In this document: positions 30,111-40,258 of the stretch, in pieces | Position numbering within the stretch: the first letter of the stretch is position 1 | Layout: each line of letters begins with the position of its first letter | Source of the DNA: an uncultured Chloroflexia bacterium | Lineage (GTDB): Bacteria; Chloroflexota; Limnocylindria; Limnocylindrales; CSP1-4 | Length of the DNA stretch: 64,000 nucleotides | Assembly (NCBI GenBank): GCA_963766735.1 | Contig: CAVYBU010000007.1 | Span: 69,742-133,741 of the forward strand | Direction of reading: 5' to 3' | The notes under the pieces: model-generated | The model's input: only the letters and a program-made list of their open reading frames with translations | Told to the model about the DNA's origin: nothing | The model's database searches: none | Made by a program: the position numbers and the translations under genes

Positions 30111-31450
30111 CGGTCCTCCTCCACGACGCCAAGGCCTTCGAAACGCACCTCGACCGCATCACGGTGGGCCAGCAGGCCCTCTGCCTCGGCCAGGGTCCGG
30201 ATCGCCGGCCGCAACGCTGCCAGGCCTTCGCGGGTGATCCGCTGGACCTGGTTGAACTTGCCGAATGTCTCCACGGCCAGGGGACCGCAGCTCCGGGCGA
30301 GGCCTCCGGTCGGCAGGACGTGGTTCGCACCCGAGGCGTAGTCTCCGGCGCTCTCCGGGGACCAGCGACCGACGAAGATGGAACCCGCGTTTCGGATCGC
30401 CGCGACGGCGGCCTCGAGGTCCTCCACCTCGACCGACAGGTGCTCCGGCCCGTAGCCGTTGACGAACTCGATGCCGGCCGCCGTGTCCGGGACCAGGACG
30501 ATCCGGCCGTGCTCGGCGAGTGCCCGACCGAGGATCTCCCGGCGGGCGGCGACCGCGAGACGACGTCGCACCTCGGCCTCCACGGCATCGGCGAGCGCCT
30601 CGTCCGCGGTCACGAGCAGGGCAGGGGAGTCAACGCCGTGCTCTGCCTGCGTGATGAGGTCGGCGGCGATCGTCACGACGTCGGCCGTTCCGTCGGCGAG
30701 GACGAGACCCTCCGACGGCCCAGCCGGCAGGTCGATCCCCACCTCGCCCGCGACCTCGATCTTGGCCGCCGTGACCCAGGCATTCCCGGGGCCGACGATG
30801 CGGTCCACTGGTTCCAGCCCCTCGTCCGCGAGCCCGTACGCGAGAGCCCCCACCGCCTGGGCTCCGCCGGCGACCAGCAGGGCATCGACGCCCAGCAGGC
30901 CGGCTGCACCCATGAGGACCGGGTGGACCTCCCCGCCGCGGTCGGCCGGCGAGGCGACGACGACGACGCCGACCCCAGCGACACGGGCGGGCGCGACCGT
31001 CATGACGAGGGACGAGGGGTACGGGGCAGAGCCTCCCGGCACATAGGCACCCACGCGGGATACGGGCAGCCAGCGGCGTTCCAGCTCGACGCCCGGGATG
31101 ATGGTCGTCCGCGTCGACGCGGGGCGCTGGGTCTCCGCGAAGCGCCGGACGTTGGTGATGGCCGTCTCGAGCGCGTCCCGCTCCGCGGCAGGGAGGGCAT
31201 CGGCGGCCACCAGGAGCTCCTCGCGCCCCAGGATCAGCCGGCCGTCGGGCCGTCCACCACCGAATCGGGCGGATGCCTCGCGCACCGCGGTCGCGCCGCG
31301 GGCACGCACGTCGGCGAGGATCGTGCGTGCGGCCTCGCGTACTGCATGGTCGGGCACGGCGCCCCGGCGGAACAGCGCGTCCCGATCCGCCAGGGCAGCG
31401 GCATCCGGGTTCCTCAGGTCAAGACGTCGGAGGGTCAGCATGTCCTTCAC
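30107..31450 (-). CDS. hisD: histidinol dehydrogenase
   Basis: 447 aa with HisD blocks (GPGNAWV ... QAEHG). Confidence 0.95.
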   Translation of the reverse strand: MKDMLTLRRLDLRNPDAAALADRDALFRRGAVPDHAVREAARTILADVRARGATAVREASARFGGGRPDGRLILGREELLVAADALPAAERDALETAITNVRRFAETQRPASTRTTIIPGVELERRWLPVSRVGAYVPGGSAPYPSSLVMTVAPARVAGVGVVVVASPADRGGEVHPVLMGAAGLLGVDALLVAGGAQAVGALAYGLADEGLEPVDRIVGPGNAWVTAAKIEVAGEVGIDLPAGPSEGLVLADGTADVVTIAADLITQAEHGVDSPALLVTADEALADAVEAEVRRRLAVAARREILGRALAEHGRIVLVPDTAAGIEFVNGYGPEHLSVEVEDLEAAVAAIRNAGSIFVGRWSPESAGDYASGANHVLPTGGLARSCGPLAVETFGKFNQVQRITREGLAALRPAIRTLAEAEGLLAHRDAVEVRFEGLGVVEEDR

Positions 31451-32307
31451 GGGAGGATCTTCTCAATCGGGAGGACCAGGATCCCGGAGGCCCCGGCCGC
31501 CTTGAGGCGAGGCAGCAGGCCCCAGACTTCATCGGCGCCAACGACGGAGTGGATCGCGATCATCCCTGCGTGTGCCAGGGGGATCACGGACGGCGACTCC
31601 AGCCCCGGCAGGAGCGCCTCGAGCTCTTCGAGCTTCGCCGCGGGCGCGTTCATCATCAGGTACTTCCGGCCGCGGGCGGCGATAACCGAGCCCAGCATCG
31701 TGACGATGCCCTCGATCTCCCCGGAGCGCTGGCGGATGGCTGCGGGGCTGCCCACGAGGACCGCCTCCGACGCGAGGATGTCGCCGATCGCACGGAGGCC
31801 GTTCATCGCCAGGGTCGAGCCGGTCGAGACGAGGTCCACGATCGCGTCCGCGAGGCCGAGGCGCGGCGCGACCTCCACGGCACCCGAGAGGGAGATGACG
31901 TCCACCGCGATCCCCTGGTCGGCGAAGAAGCTGCGCGTGATGTTGGGATGCGAGGTGGCGATCCGGACGCCGCCGAGGTCGGTGATCGCCTCGTAGGGGG
32001 AGTCGGCCGACACCGCAGCAGCGAGCCGACAGCGCCCGTAGCCCAGGTTTCGCAGGACCTGCAGGTCGACACCGGACTCCGCGAGGATGTCGCCGCCGGT
32101 GATGCCGGCGTCGGCCACGCCGTCGTTCACGAATTCGATGACGTCCCCGGTTCGGACGAACAGGATATCCAGCGGGTGGTTCTGGACACGGGCAACGAGG
32201 CTTCGGTCATGCTCCTCGAACATCAGGCCGGAGGCGTGGAGCAGGCTCATGGTGGGCTCGACGAGTCGGCCCTTGTTCGGGACTGCGAGACGCAGGCGCT
32301 CTCTCAC
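31447..32307 (-). CDS. hisG: ATP phosphoribosyltransferase (long form with C-terminal regulatory domain)
   Basis: 286 aa with the HisG catalytic domain plus a C-terminal regulatory region. Confidence 0.9.
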   Translation of the reverse strand: MRERLRLAVPNKGRLVEPTMSLLHASGLMFEEHDRSLVARVQNHPLDILFVRTGDVIEFVNDGVADAGITGGDILAESGVDLQVLRNLGYGRCRLAAAVSADSPYEAITDLGGVRIATSHPNITRSFFADQGIAVDVISLSGAVEVAPRLGLADAIVDLVSTGSTLAMNGLRAIGDILASEAVLVGSPAAIRQRSGEIEGIVTMLGSVIAARGRKYLMMNAPAAKLEELEALLPGLESPSVIPLAHAGMIAIHSVVGADEVWGLLPRLKAAGASGILVLPIEKILP

Positions 32308-32630
32308 CGCTCGGCTCCCGTGGGGTAGGGGGTGGTGCCGTCCGAGACTTCAAGGCGGTCCAGCATGCGGCGGTAGCCGCCCTCGCCGTGGTTGAGCCAT
32401 GACGCGATGCGGGTGATGGTCGCGGTGCTCGCGCCCGTGCGCCGGGAGATCTCGGCGTAGTGCATGCCGGAGTTGAGGAGTCGAACCACGGCCCATCGCT
32501 GGGCCAGGTCGTGAAGCTCACCGAGGGTGCAGAGGTCACGCAGGAACCGGGTGGCATCGTCACGATCGTCGAGGCGCAGGATGGCATCGACGAGCGCTTC
32601 GGTCTCCGGGGTCCGCCAGTCGTCGGCCAT
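32304..32630 (-). CDS. YerC/YecD family TrpR-related DNA-binding protein
   Basis: 108 aa carrying a TrpR-like helix-turn-helix. It overlaps the hisG start and is first in the minus-strand his transcription unit. Confidence 0.65.
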   Translation of the reverse strand: MADDWRTPETEALVDAILRLDDRDDATRFLRDLCTLGELHDLAQRWAVVRLLNSGMHYAEISRRTGASTATITRIASWLNHGEGGYRRMLDRLEVSDGTTPYPTGAER

Positions 32631-32698
32631 GGGTCGGCTGTCCTTCCTGAAGCTGCGAGCCGCGCGTCATGTGCTCGCTTGCCGCCATGCTATCGTAT

Positions 32699-32716
32699 TA
32701 GCGTGCTACTACGCTA
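32699..32716. promoter_or_regulatory. inverted repeat TAGCGT-gctact-ACGCTA in the divergent yerC/hisG - hisA promoter region (candidate operator)
   Basis: Arms of 6-7 bp in a locally AT-richer segment (CCATGCTATCGTATTAGCGTGCTACTACGCTAG), immediately upstream of the hisA SD AGGAGAG. Confidence 0.35.
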
Positions 32717-32730
32717 GTCGAGGAGAGGCT

Positions 32731-33483
32731 GTGACCTCGTTCGAGCTCCTGCCGGCCATCGACCTCCGTGAGGGCCGCGTCGTCCGTCTCAGTCAGGGTG
32801 ACTTCACTCGTGAGACAGCCTATGCGGACGACGCCGTCCTGGTGGCGCGCTCCTTCGTGGACGCCGGGGCGACATGGCTCCACGTCGTGGATCTCGATGG
32901 CGCGAGGCTGGGTGAGCCGGCACAGCTGGACCTCGTTGCCACCATTGTCGCGGAGGTCGGGGAACGGGCGCAGGTCGAGGTTGGTGGCGGGCTCCGCACG
33001 CCCGAGGCCGTCGCCGAGGCGCTGGAGGCCGGCTGCACCCGGGTTGCGGTCGGGACCGCGGCACTCCGCGACCCGGCGTTCGCCTCATCGATCGTCGCCC
33101 GCCACGGCGCCTCACGGATCGTCGCCTCGATCGATGTGCGTGACGGTCTTGCCCTCGGCGAGGGCTGGAGGGAGGGCTCCGGGGGCGTTGTCGCAGCGGA
33201 CGCCGTCGCGATGCTCTCGGCGGCCGGCATCAGGACCTTCGAGGTCACCGCGATCGACCGGGATGGACTCCTCGGCGGGCCGGACCTCGCCTTGCTGCGC
33301 TCGCTCGTGGCCCTCGGTCAGGGTCGGATCATCGCGTCCGGTGGCGTGTCCTCGCTCGACGACGTCCTCGCCGCCCGGGCCGCTGGTTGCGCGGGCGCGA
33401 TCGTCGGCCGGGCCATCTACGAAGGGCTCGTCGACCTCGCCGAGCTCATGCGCACGCTGGGGGACACGCCTGGCAGTGAGTGA
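32731..33483 (+). CDS. hisA: ProFAR isomerase HisA (possibly a PriA-type HisA/TrpF)
   Basis: GTG start preceded by AGGAGAG. The (beta/alpha)8 HisA signature is present (LLPAIDLREGRVVRL ... GGGLRT ... SGGVSSLDD). It is divergent from the rest of the his operon. Confidence 0.85.
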   Translation: MTSFELLPAIDLREGRVVRLSQGDFTRETAYADDAVLVARSFVDAGATWLHVVDLDGARLGEPAQLDLVATIVAEVGERAQVEVGGGLRTPEAVAEALEAGCTRVAVGTAALRDPAFASSIVARHGASRIVASIDVRDGLALGEGWREGSGGVVAADAVAMLSAAGIRTFEVTAIDRDGLLGGPDLALLRSLVALGQGRIIASGGVSSLDDVLAARAAGCAGAIVGRAIYEGLVDLAELMRTLGDTPGSE

Positions 33484-33523
33484 GCGAGGTCACCGCCCCT
33501 GGGGACGGTGGAACCGCCCGGGG

Positions 33524-35602
33524 TCAGTGGCCCTCAGCCTGCACCTTCTTGTGGGTCTCGATGATCTTCTCCGCGAGGTGGGCCGGCACGTCCTCGTAGT
33601 GGTCCAGCTCCGCGCTGAAGGTTCCCCGGCCCGCGGTGAGCGACCGGAGCTCCGTGGCATACGAGAACAGCTCGGCCTGCGGAACGTGCGCGGAGATGAC
33701 CTGCATGCCGTCGGCGGTGTCCATCCCCATGACCCGACCGCGTCGGCCGTTGAGGTCACGGTTGACCTCTCCCATGTACTGCTCCGGGATGTTCACGTGG
33801 ACGGTCATGATCGGCTCGAGGAGGACCGGCCGCGCCTGGAGAACCCCCTCCTTGAGGGCCATCGAAGCGGCGATCTTGAACGAGAGCTCGTTGCTGTCCA
33901 CCGGGTGGAACGAGCCGTCGTAGAGCGTCGCCGTGAAGTCGATCAGCGGGAAGCCCGCCAGCACGCCTTCGGCGGCCGTCTCGCGGACTCCCTTCTCGAT
34001 ACCGGTGAAGAAGCCCCTGGGTACTGAGCCGCCCACCACCTTCTCGGCGAACTCGACGCCCGCCGCCGGGTTCGGCGCAAGCTCGATCCAGACATCGCCG
34101 AACATGCCGTGACCGCCGGTCTGCTTCTTGTAGCGGCCGTGGGCCTTGGTCGTGCCGCGGATCGTCTCGCGGTAGGGGACCGTGGGCGTCCTGGTGACGA
34201 TCGCGGCGCCGAACTTGCGCTTCAGCCGCTCACAGATGACCGAGACGTGGGCCTCGCCGATCGCCCGCAGGATCTGCTCGCCGGTCTCGCTGCGTTCCAC
34301 GCGCGCGGTCGGCTCCTCCTCGAGCATCCGCTGGAGAGCAGGGCCCATCTTGTCCAGGTCGCCCTTGGACAGGGGATCGATGGCGACCTGGAGCATCGGG
34401 TTCGGGAAGGCGATCTCGGGCAGCCGCAGGGCGTGGTCACGAGACCCCAGCGTGTCGCCCGTCGCCGTGACGCTGAGCTTGGCAACCGCGCCGATCTCGC
34501 CAGCCCGGAGCTCCGCCGAGGGCTCCTGCTCCTTGCCGTGGAGGAAGAGGAGCTGGCCGATGCGCTCGTCCTCGCCCTTGCTGACGTTGAACACGCCACC
34601 CTGGCTCTTGAGCGTGCCCGACAGGACCCGCAGGTAGGTCAGGCGCCCGACGTACGGGTCCGCGGCCGTCTTGAACACGCGAACCAGGAGCGGACCTTCG
34701 GCTGACGCTTCGATCGCGACGTCCTTGCCGGCCTTGTCCTGGGCGCCGTACGGGCCCTCCTCCTCGGGCGACGGGAGGTAGCGGACGATGGCGTCCAGCA
34801 GGGCGGCGAGGCCGATCCCTTTCGATGCAGATGCGACGAGAACCGGCGCCAGCACCGACTCCCGGACGCCTTTGTGGAGGCACGCGTCCAGCTCGGCGTC
34901 GGAGATCTCCTCCTCGCCCAGGTACTTCTCGAAGACCGCGTCGTCCGCCTCTGCCGCTGCCTCGAGCAGCTGGTCCCGGCGCATGGCCACCTCGGCGGCC
35001 ATCTCGTCGGGGACGGGGATCTCGACCTCGGTGCCGCCCTCGAACCGCCACGCCTTTCGATGGACGAGGTCCACGTAGCCGGAGAAGGTGTCCGCCGCCC
35101 CGATGGCGAGGTGCAGCGGGGCCACCTTGTTGCCAAACTCGCGGCGGAGCTCGTCGAGGACGCGCCCGGGATCGGCATTCTCGCGGTCGCACTTGTTGAT
35201 CACGAAGCAGGCGGCCGTGTTCGTGGCTCGCCCGACCTTGACCGACTCCTCGAGGCCGGAGTCCACGCCGCCGGACGCGTCCACCACGTAGAGCGCCGCG
35301 TCGGCCGCGTGGAAGCCCTGGATCATCTCCGCCACGAAGTCCGGGTAGCCGGGGGTGTCCACGACCGTGATCTCGTGCTCGCCATGCTCGAACGTCCCGA
35401 CCGCCAGGCTGAGCGAGCGGTGCTGCTTCTGCTCCTCGGGCTCGAAGTCGAGGTGTGCAGTCCCGTCATCGACCCTCCCCATCCGCGGGATCGCCCCGGC
35501 GCGGAAGAGCACCTGCTCGGCCAGCGTCGTCTTCCCGCTCCCGGCATGGCCGGCGAGCACGACGCTTCGGATGTGGGTGAGATCGTGACTCTTCAACGTC
35601 AT
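33524..35602 (-). CDS. elongation factor G-like GTPase (EF-G paralog)
   Basis: 692 aa with the G domain (AGHAGSGKTTL ... DTPGYPDF ... NKCD) and EF-G domains II-V. Confidence 0.85.
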   Translation of the reverse strand: MTLKSHDLTHIRSVVLAGHAGSGKTTLAEQVLFRAGAIPRMGRVDDGTAHLDFEPEEQKQHRSLSLAVGTFEHGEHEITVVDTPGYPDFVAEMIQGFHAADAALYVVDASGGVDSGLEESVKVGRATNTAACFVINKCDRENADPGRVLDELRREFGNKVAPLHLAIGAADTFSGYVDLVHRKAWRFEGGTEVEIPVPDEMAAEVAMRRDQLLEAAAEADDAVFEKYLGEEEISDAELDACLHKGVRESVLAPVLVASASKGIGLAALLDAIVRYLPSPEEEGPYGAQDKAGKDVAIEASAEGPLLVRVFKTAADPYVGRLTYLRVLSGTLKSQGGVFNVSKGEDERIGQLLFLHGKEQEPSAELRAGEIGAVAKLSVTATGDTLGSRDHALRLPEIAFPNPMLQVAIDPLSKGDLDKMGPALQRMLEEEPTARVERSETGEQILRAIGEAHVSVICERLKRKFGAAIVTRTPTVPYRETIRGTTKAHGRYKKQTGGHGMFGDVWIELAPNPAAGVEFAEKVVGGSVPRGFFTGIEKGVRETAAEGVLAGFPLIDFTATLYDGSFHPVDSNELSFKIAASMALKEGVLQARPVLLEPIMTVHVNIPEQYMGEVNRDLNGRRGRVMGMDTADGMQVISAHVPQAELFSYATELRSLTAGRGTFSAELDHYEDVPAHLAEKIIETHKKVQAEGH

Positions 35603-35775
35603 CGCGCGCGGTTCCTCTCGGTATGCGGCCGCCCGGCCGGGTCCCCGGCTGCGGGCGGAACGGTGGCGCAGGGTGGGCGGCTGGCGATGCGGACACCACC
35701 CGCGGGACGGCGGGAGGGCCTGGACGCCAGGGGACGGATCCGTTGTCCCGATGATAGTCGGTATACTCCCGACCG

Positions 35776-36525
35776 ATGTCAGGACATTCCAAATGGTCCA
35801 CGATCAAGCGCCAGAAGGGCGTCAACGACTCGAAGCGCAGCGCCATGTTCACGAAGGTCGCGCGCGAGATCGCGGTCGCCGCGCGCGTCGGGGGCGGTGA
35901 TCCCGACGCCAACTACCGCCTCCGCCTTGCGATGGACAAGGCCCGCTCGATCAACATGCCGGCCGACAACATCAAGCGGGCGATCGAGAAGGCAACGGGC
36001 GGCGGGGACGAGGTCGAGTACGAGGAGATCATCTACGAGGGCTACGGCCCGGGTGGCGTGGCGGTCCTCGTCGAGGCGGCGACCGACAATCGGAACCGCA
36101 CCGCAGCCGAGGTCCGGTCCATCTTCGCGAAGACCGGCGGCCAGCTCGCCGGCAGCGGCGCCGTCGCCTGGCAGTTCGAGCCGCGGGGCCTCATCACCGT
36201 CGCGCGCGAGGGCGCGGACCCGGACGAAGTGGCCCTGGCTGCCATCGATGCAGGGGCCGCGGACGTGGACGCGGATGTGGACCCGATCGAGATCTACACC
36301 GAGCCCGGCGATCTCGAGGCGGTGCGCAAGGCGCTGGATGCCGCCGGCGTGAGCGTGGAGTCCGCAGAGCAGGCGATGCTCGCCAAGCAGACCGTGAGCC
36401 TGGACGCCGATCACGTGCGCAAGGCGATGCGGCTGGTGGAGCTGCTCGAGGACCTGGACGACGTGCAGCGCGTGACGGCGAACGTGGACATCCCCGAGGA
36501 GCTCCTGGCCGAGATGGCCGGATGA
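35776..36525 (+). CDS. yebC: YebC/PmpR family DNA-binding transcriptional regulator
   Basis: MSGHSKWSTIKRQKG ... gives a full-length YebC match, positioned upstream of ruvC as usual. Confidence 0.9.
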   Translation: MSGHSKWSTIKRQKGVNDSKRSAMFTKVAREIAVAARVGGGDPDANYRLRLAMDKARSINMPADNIKRAIEKATGGGDEVEYEEIIYEGYGPGGVAVLVEAATDNRNRTAAEVRSIFAKTGGQLAGSGAVAWQFEPRGLITVAREGADPDEVALAAIDAGAADVDADVDPIEIYTEPGDLEAVRKALDAAGVSVESAEQAMLAKQTVSLDADHVRKAMRLVELLEDLDDVQRVTANVDIPEELLAEMAG

Positions 36526-37172
36526 TCGTCCTGGGGATAGACCCGGGAACGGCAGCCCTCGGCTACGGGATCCTCGAACGGACCGGTGGGGTCCTGCGGG
36601 CGATCGACTACGGGTGCCTGACCACCACCGCGGACTGGTCGCTCCCGGATCGTCTGAATGCCATCCACGCTCATGTCTCGGAGCTGATCGAGACCCACGC
36701 GCCCGACCTGGTGGCGGTGGAGCGGCTGTTCTTCAGCAAGAATGCCCAGACCGCGTTCGCGGTGGGCCAGGCCCGCGGCGTGGTCCTGCTCGCCGCTGCC
36801 CAGGCGGGCGTTCCCGTGCGCGAGGCCACGCCCAACGAGGTCAAGATGGCCGTCACGGGCTACGGCGCTGCCGACAAGGCGCAGGTGGGCCGGATGGTCG
36901 CCGTGATCCTCCAGCTGGCCGAGGTTCCGACACCGGACGACACGTCGGACGCGCTCGCGATCGCGGTGTGCATCGCCAACGCGGAACGCACAGCCGACAG
37001 GCTCAACGGCGGCACGGGCGCCGGCAAGGCGTCGCTCCTGGACCGGTCGTCCGTCAACCCGATCGTGCGCGGCGAAACGCCGTACGAGCGTTCCGTACGC
37101 GAGGCGCTCGCCCGCGAGTCGGCGACCGCCGGCGCGTCCGCCGGCTCGTCCGCCACGCGCCGGAAGTCATGA
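36522..37172 (+). CDS. ruvC: crossover junction endodeoxyribonuclease RuvC (with ~50-aa Ala/Ser-rich C-terminal extension)
   Basis: MIVLGIDPGTAALGYG ... shows the RuvC catalytic acidic residues. Confidence 0.9.
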   Translation: MIVLGIDPGTAALGYGILERTGGVLRAIDYGCLTTTADWSLPDRLNAIHAHVSELIETHAPDLVAVERLFFSKNAQTAFAVGQARGVVLLAAAQAGVPVREATPNEVKMAVTGYGAADKAQVGRMVAVILQLAEVPTPDDTSDALAIAVCIANAERTADRLNGGTGAGKASLLDRSSVNPIVRGETPYERSVREALARESATAGASAGSSATRRKS

Positions 37173-37188
37173 CGCGGGGCGGCCGAGG

Positions 37189-37782
37189 GTGATCGCCTCC
37201 GTCGAGGGCACGGTCGGTGCCATCACTGCAGACTCGCTCGTCCTCGAGGTCGGCGGGATCGGCTACCAGGTGTATGCGGCCCCTGCGGTCCTGGCCACCG
37301 CCACCGCCGGCGGCAGGCTCAAGCTCCACACGTACCATCTCGTCCGCGAGGACCAGCAATCGCTGTTCGGGTTCCGGAACGCAGAGGAGCTCGGGTTCTT
37401 CAACCTGCTGCTGACGGTGACCGGCGTCGGGCCGAAGGTGGCCCTGGCCATCGTCGGCTCCCGGCCCACCGCGGACCTCCAGCTTGCGATCCTCCAGCAG
37501 GACCAGGCGGTGCTGGTCTCGATCCCCGGGATCGGCAGGAAGCTCGCCGAGCGGATCATCTTCGAGCTCAAGGAGAAGGTCTCCGCCGCGGGCGTGGCGG
37601 CCGGCTCCTCGGCGGCGTTCTCCTCGGCCTCCGAGGGTGAGGTCGTAGCCGCGCTGCAGGCCCTGGGCTACTCGCTGGGCGAGGCACGCGAGGCATCCCG
37701 GCTGGCCGTCAACGACCCGGCCGTGGGCGCGGGTCTCGAGGACCGCGTGAAGGCGGCGCTCCGGACGCTGCTCCGGGACTGA
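37189..37782 (+). CDS. ruvA: Holliday junction branch migration protein RuvA
   Basis: GTG start. RuvA domains I-III with the helix-hairpin-helix motif ([13 protein letters not shown]). Confidence 0.9.
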   Translation: MIASVEGTVGAITADSLVLEVGGIGYQVYAAPAVLATATAGGRLKLHTYHLVREDQQSLFGFRNAEELGFFNLLLTVTGVGPKVALAIVGSRPTADLQLAILQQDQAVLVSIPGIGRKLAERIIFELKEKVSAAGVAAGSSAAFSSASEGEVVAALQALGYSLGEAREASRLAVNDPAVGAGLEDRVKAALRTLLRD

Positions 37783-37969
37783 GCCGGGCAAAACGGGTCC
37801 ACATGCCGCCTGCGCATCCTCATGGCGTCCCGATCCCAGGGTCGCTAGAGTCGGCCAATGCGGATCGTCCCTGCGATCAATCCCGGGCGCGGGGGCGGCC
37901 GAGGAAGAACACCCTGATCAGACAGAACATCCGTACCATTTGCGCACGAAACCTGCTAGACTGCCGCCG

Positions 37970-39043
37970 ATGACGGACGATCCCATGAGCCTGCTCGCGG
38001 CCGGCGCCGCTGACCCCGAGGACCTGGTGGTCGAGGGGTCGCTGCGCCCACGAACCCTGGACGAGTACATCGGCCAGCGAGAGGTCAAGGCCAGCCTGTC
38101 GGTCCTTCTGCAGGCGGCGAAGGGACGCGGCGAGGCGGCGGACCACGTGCTGCTCTATGGCCCTCCCGGCCTGGGCAAGACCACGCTCGCCACGATCATT
38201 GCCCGTGAGCTGGGGGTCAACGTCCGCTACACGAGCGGGCCGGCAGTGGAACGGGCGGGGGACCTGGCAGCGATCCTGACGTCGCTGGACGAGAGGGACG
38301 TCCTGTTCATCGACGAGATCCATCGCCTCAATCGCGCGGTGGAGGAGATCCTCTACCCGGCGATGGAGGATTTCGCGCTCGACGTGATGATCGGCAAGGG
38401 TCCCAGCGCACGCAGCCTGCGGCTGAGCCTCAAGCCGTTCACGGTCGTCGGCGCCACCACGCGCGCCGGGCGCATCAGCGGGCCGTTGCGGGACCGGTTC
38501 GGCATGACCTACCGCCTCGATTTCTACGGCGAGGACGACCTGACGGCGATCGTGCGCAGATCCGCCGGGATCCTGGGCGTGGAGGTGGACGCGGACGCCG
38601 CGCGCCTCATCGCGATGCGCGGGCGGGGCACCCCGCGGATCGTCAACCGGTTGCTGCGTCGCGTCCGTGATCACGCGGAGGTCTTCGGGGACGGGACGGT
38701 CCACGTCGGGCAGGTTGCCGAGGCGATGACGATCCTGGACATCGACGACCTCGGGCTGGACACGACGGATCGGAAGCTGCTGGCGGCGATCGTCCAGAAG
38801 TTCCAGTCCGGTCCCGTGGGCGTCCAGGCGCTGGCCGCCGTCCTGGCGGAGGAGCCGGAGACCATCGAGGACGTCTACGAGCCGTTCCTCCTGCGCCTCG
38901 GCTTCCTTGACCGCACCCCGCAGGGACGGATCGCCACCGAGGCCGCCCGCTCCCATCTCGCGTCCCTGGGTTTCGATGTCCCCGTGCCTCGGCGCGCGGA
39001 ACCGGACATGCCGGCCCTGTGGGACGACCTGACGCCGCGCTGA
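37970..39043 (+). CDS. ruvB: Holliday junction branch migration DNA helicase RuvB
   Basis: An AAA+ Walker A motif ([11 protein letters not shown]) and a winged-helix C-terminus are present. I prefer the ATG at 37970 over the track start at 37940. Confidence 0.9.
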   Translation: MTDDPMSLLAAGAADPEDLVVEGSLRPRTLDEYIGQREVKASLSVLLQAAKGRGEAADHVLLYGPPGLGKTTLATIIARELGVNVRYTSGPAVERAGDLAAILTSLDERDVLFIDEIHRLNRAVEEILYPAMEDFALDVMIGKGPSARSLRLSLKPFTVVGATTRAGRISGPLRDRFGMTYRLDFYGEDDLTAIVRRSAGILGVEVDADAARLIAMRGRGTPRIVNRLLRRVRDHAEVFGDGTVHVGQVAEAMTILDIDDLGLDTTDRKLLAAIVQKFQSGPVGVQALAAVLAEEPETIEDVYEPFLLRLGFLDRTPQGRIATEAARSHLASLGFDVPVPRRAEPDMPALWDDLTPR

Positions 39044-39057
39044 GCGGGGGACCCACC

Positions 39058-40219
39058 ATGCCCGGCGCCGCCAGCTTCGAGGTGCTCGTCCCGCCGCCCG
39101 GGGACGGCTCCACCCGCGCCCGCCTCGGCCGGTTGACGCTGCCCCACGGTGTCGTGGAGACGCCGCAGTTCATGCCCGTCGGTACCAACGCCACGGTGAA
39201 GGCGCTCCATCCGGACGAGGTGGAGGCCGCGGGCGCGAGCATCCTCCTCGCCAATACCTACCACCTGTACCTGCGGCCCGGCCATGAGCGCATCGAGCGC
39301 CTGGGCGGACTCCATCGGTTCATGGGCTGGGACAAGCCCATCCTCACGGACTCGGGCGGCTACCAGGTGGTCTCGCTCGGCGAGCTGCGATCGATCGACG
39401 ATGGCGGGGCCACCTTCAAGAGCCACCTCGACGGGTCGACGCACCGGTTCACGCCGGAGCACTCGATCGCGGTCCAGCAGGCGCTCGGGACCGGACGTCG
39501 CCGTGGTCCTGGACCAGCCCGTGTTTCCCAGCGAGCCGCGGGCCGTCGTGGAGGACGCGATGCACCGCACCCATCGCTGGGCCGTTCGATCGCTCGACGC
39601 GCATACCCGGACGGACCAGGCGCTGTTCGGCATCGTCCAGGGTGGGCTGGACCCGGAGCTGCGGGAGGAGTCGGCCAAGTTCGTCAGAGCGCTCCCGTTC
39701 GACGGCATCAACATCGGTGGTCTTGCCGGCGACGAGACGCCCGACCAGCGCAACGAGGCGCTGGACGCCACGGTCCGGCACCTGGATGGTGATCCGAGGC
39801 CGCGGTACCTGATGGGCCTCGGGTCCCCGCTGGACCTGCTCGAAGCGGTTCACCGCGGCATGGACCTGTTCGACTCGGTGCTGCCGGCGCGCGTCGCGCG
39901 CAACGGCCAGCTGTGGATCCCTGGCGGACGCCTGAACCTGCGCAACGAGCAGTTCCGGGACGATCCGGAACCCGTCCAGGACGGATGCCCGTGTCCGCTC
40001 TGCACCCGGTTCTCCAGGGCGTATCTCGCCCACCTGTTCCGGGCCAAGGAGATGCTGGCGTACCGGCTCGCGACTTGTCACAACCTCACCTTCACCCTAG
40101 ACTTCATGGACAGGATCCGGTGCGCGCTGCGTGCCGGAACCTTCCCCGTCGAACTGCCGGAGTTGCGCCGTCGCGCGGTCCGGATGAGTGGCGGTGAAGC
40201 CGCCGCAAAGCCGGCGTGA
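39058..40219 (+). pseudogene. tgt: queuine tRNA-ribosyltransferase with reading frame broken by a single-base insertion near 39490-39495
   Basis: Track ORF 39019..39792 (frame 1) carries the Tgt N-terminus up to ...[12 protein letters not shown]. Track ORF 39284..40219 (frame 2) carries ...DVAVVLDQ onward, including the zinc site CPCPLC. Removing one G from CCGGAC restores ...[14 protein letters not shown]... Confidence 0.85.
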
Positions 40220-40258
40220 AGTCCGTGGCAGTAGCGTCTGTGCACGTGGAGGCGAGCG

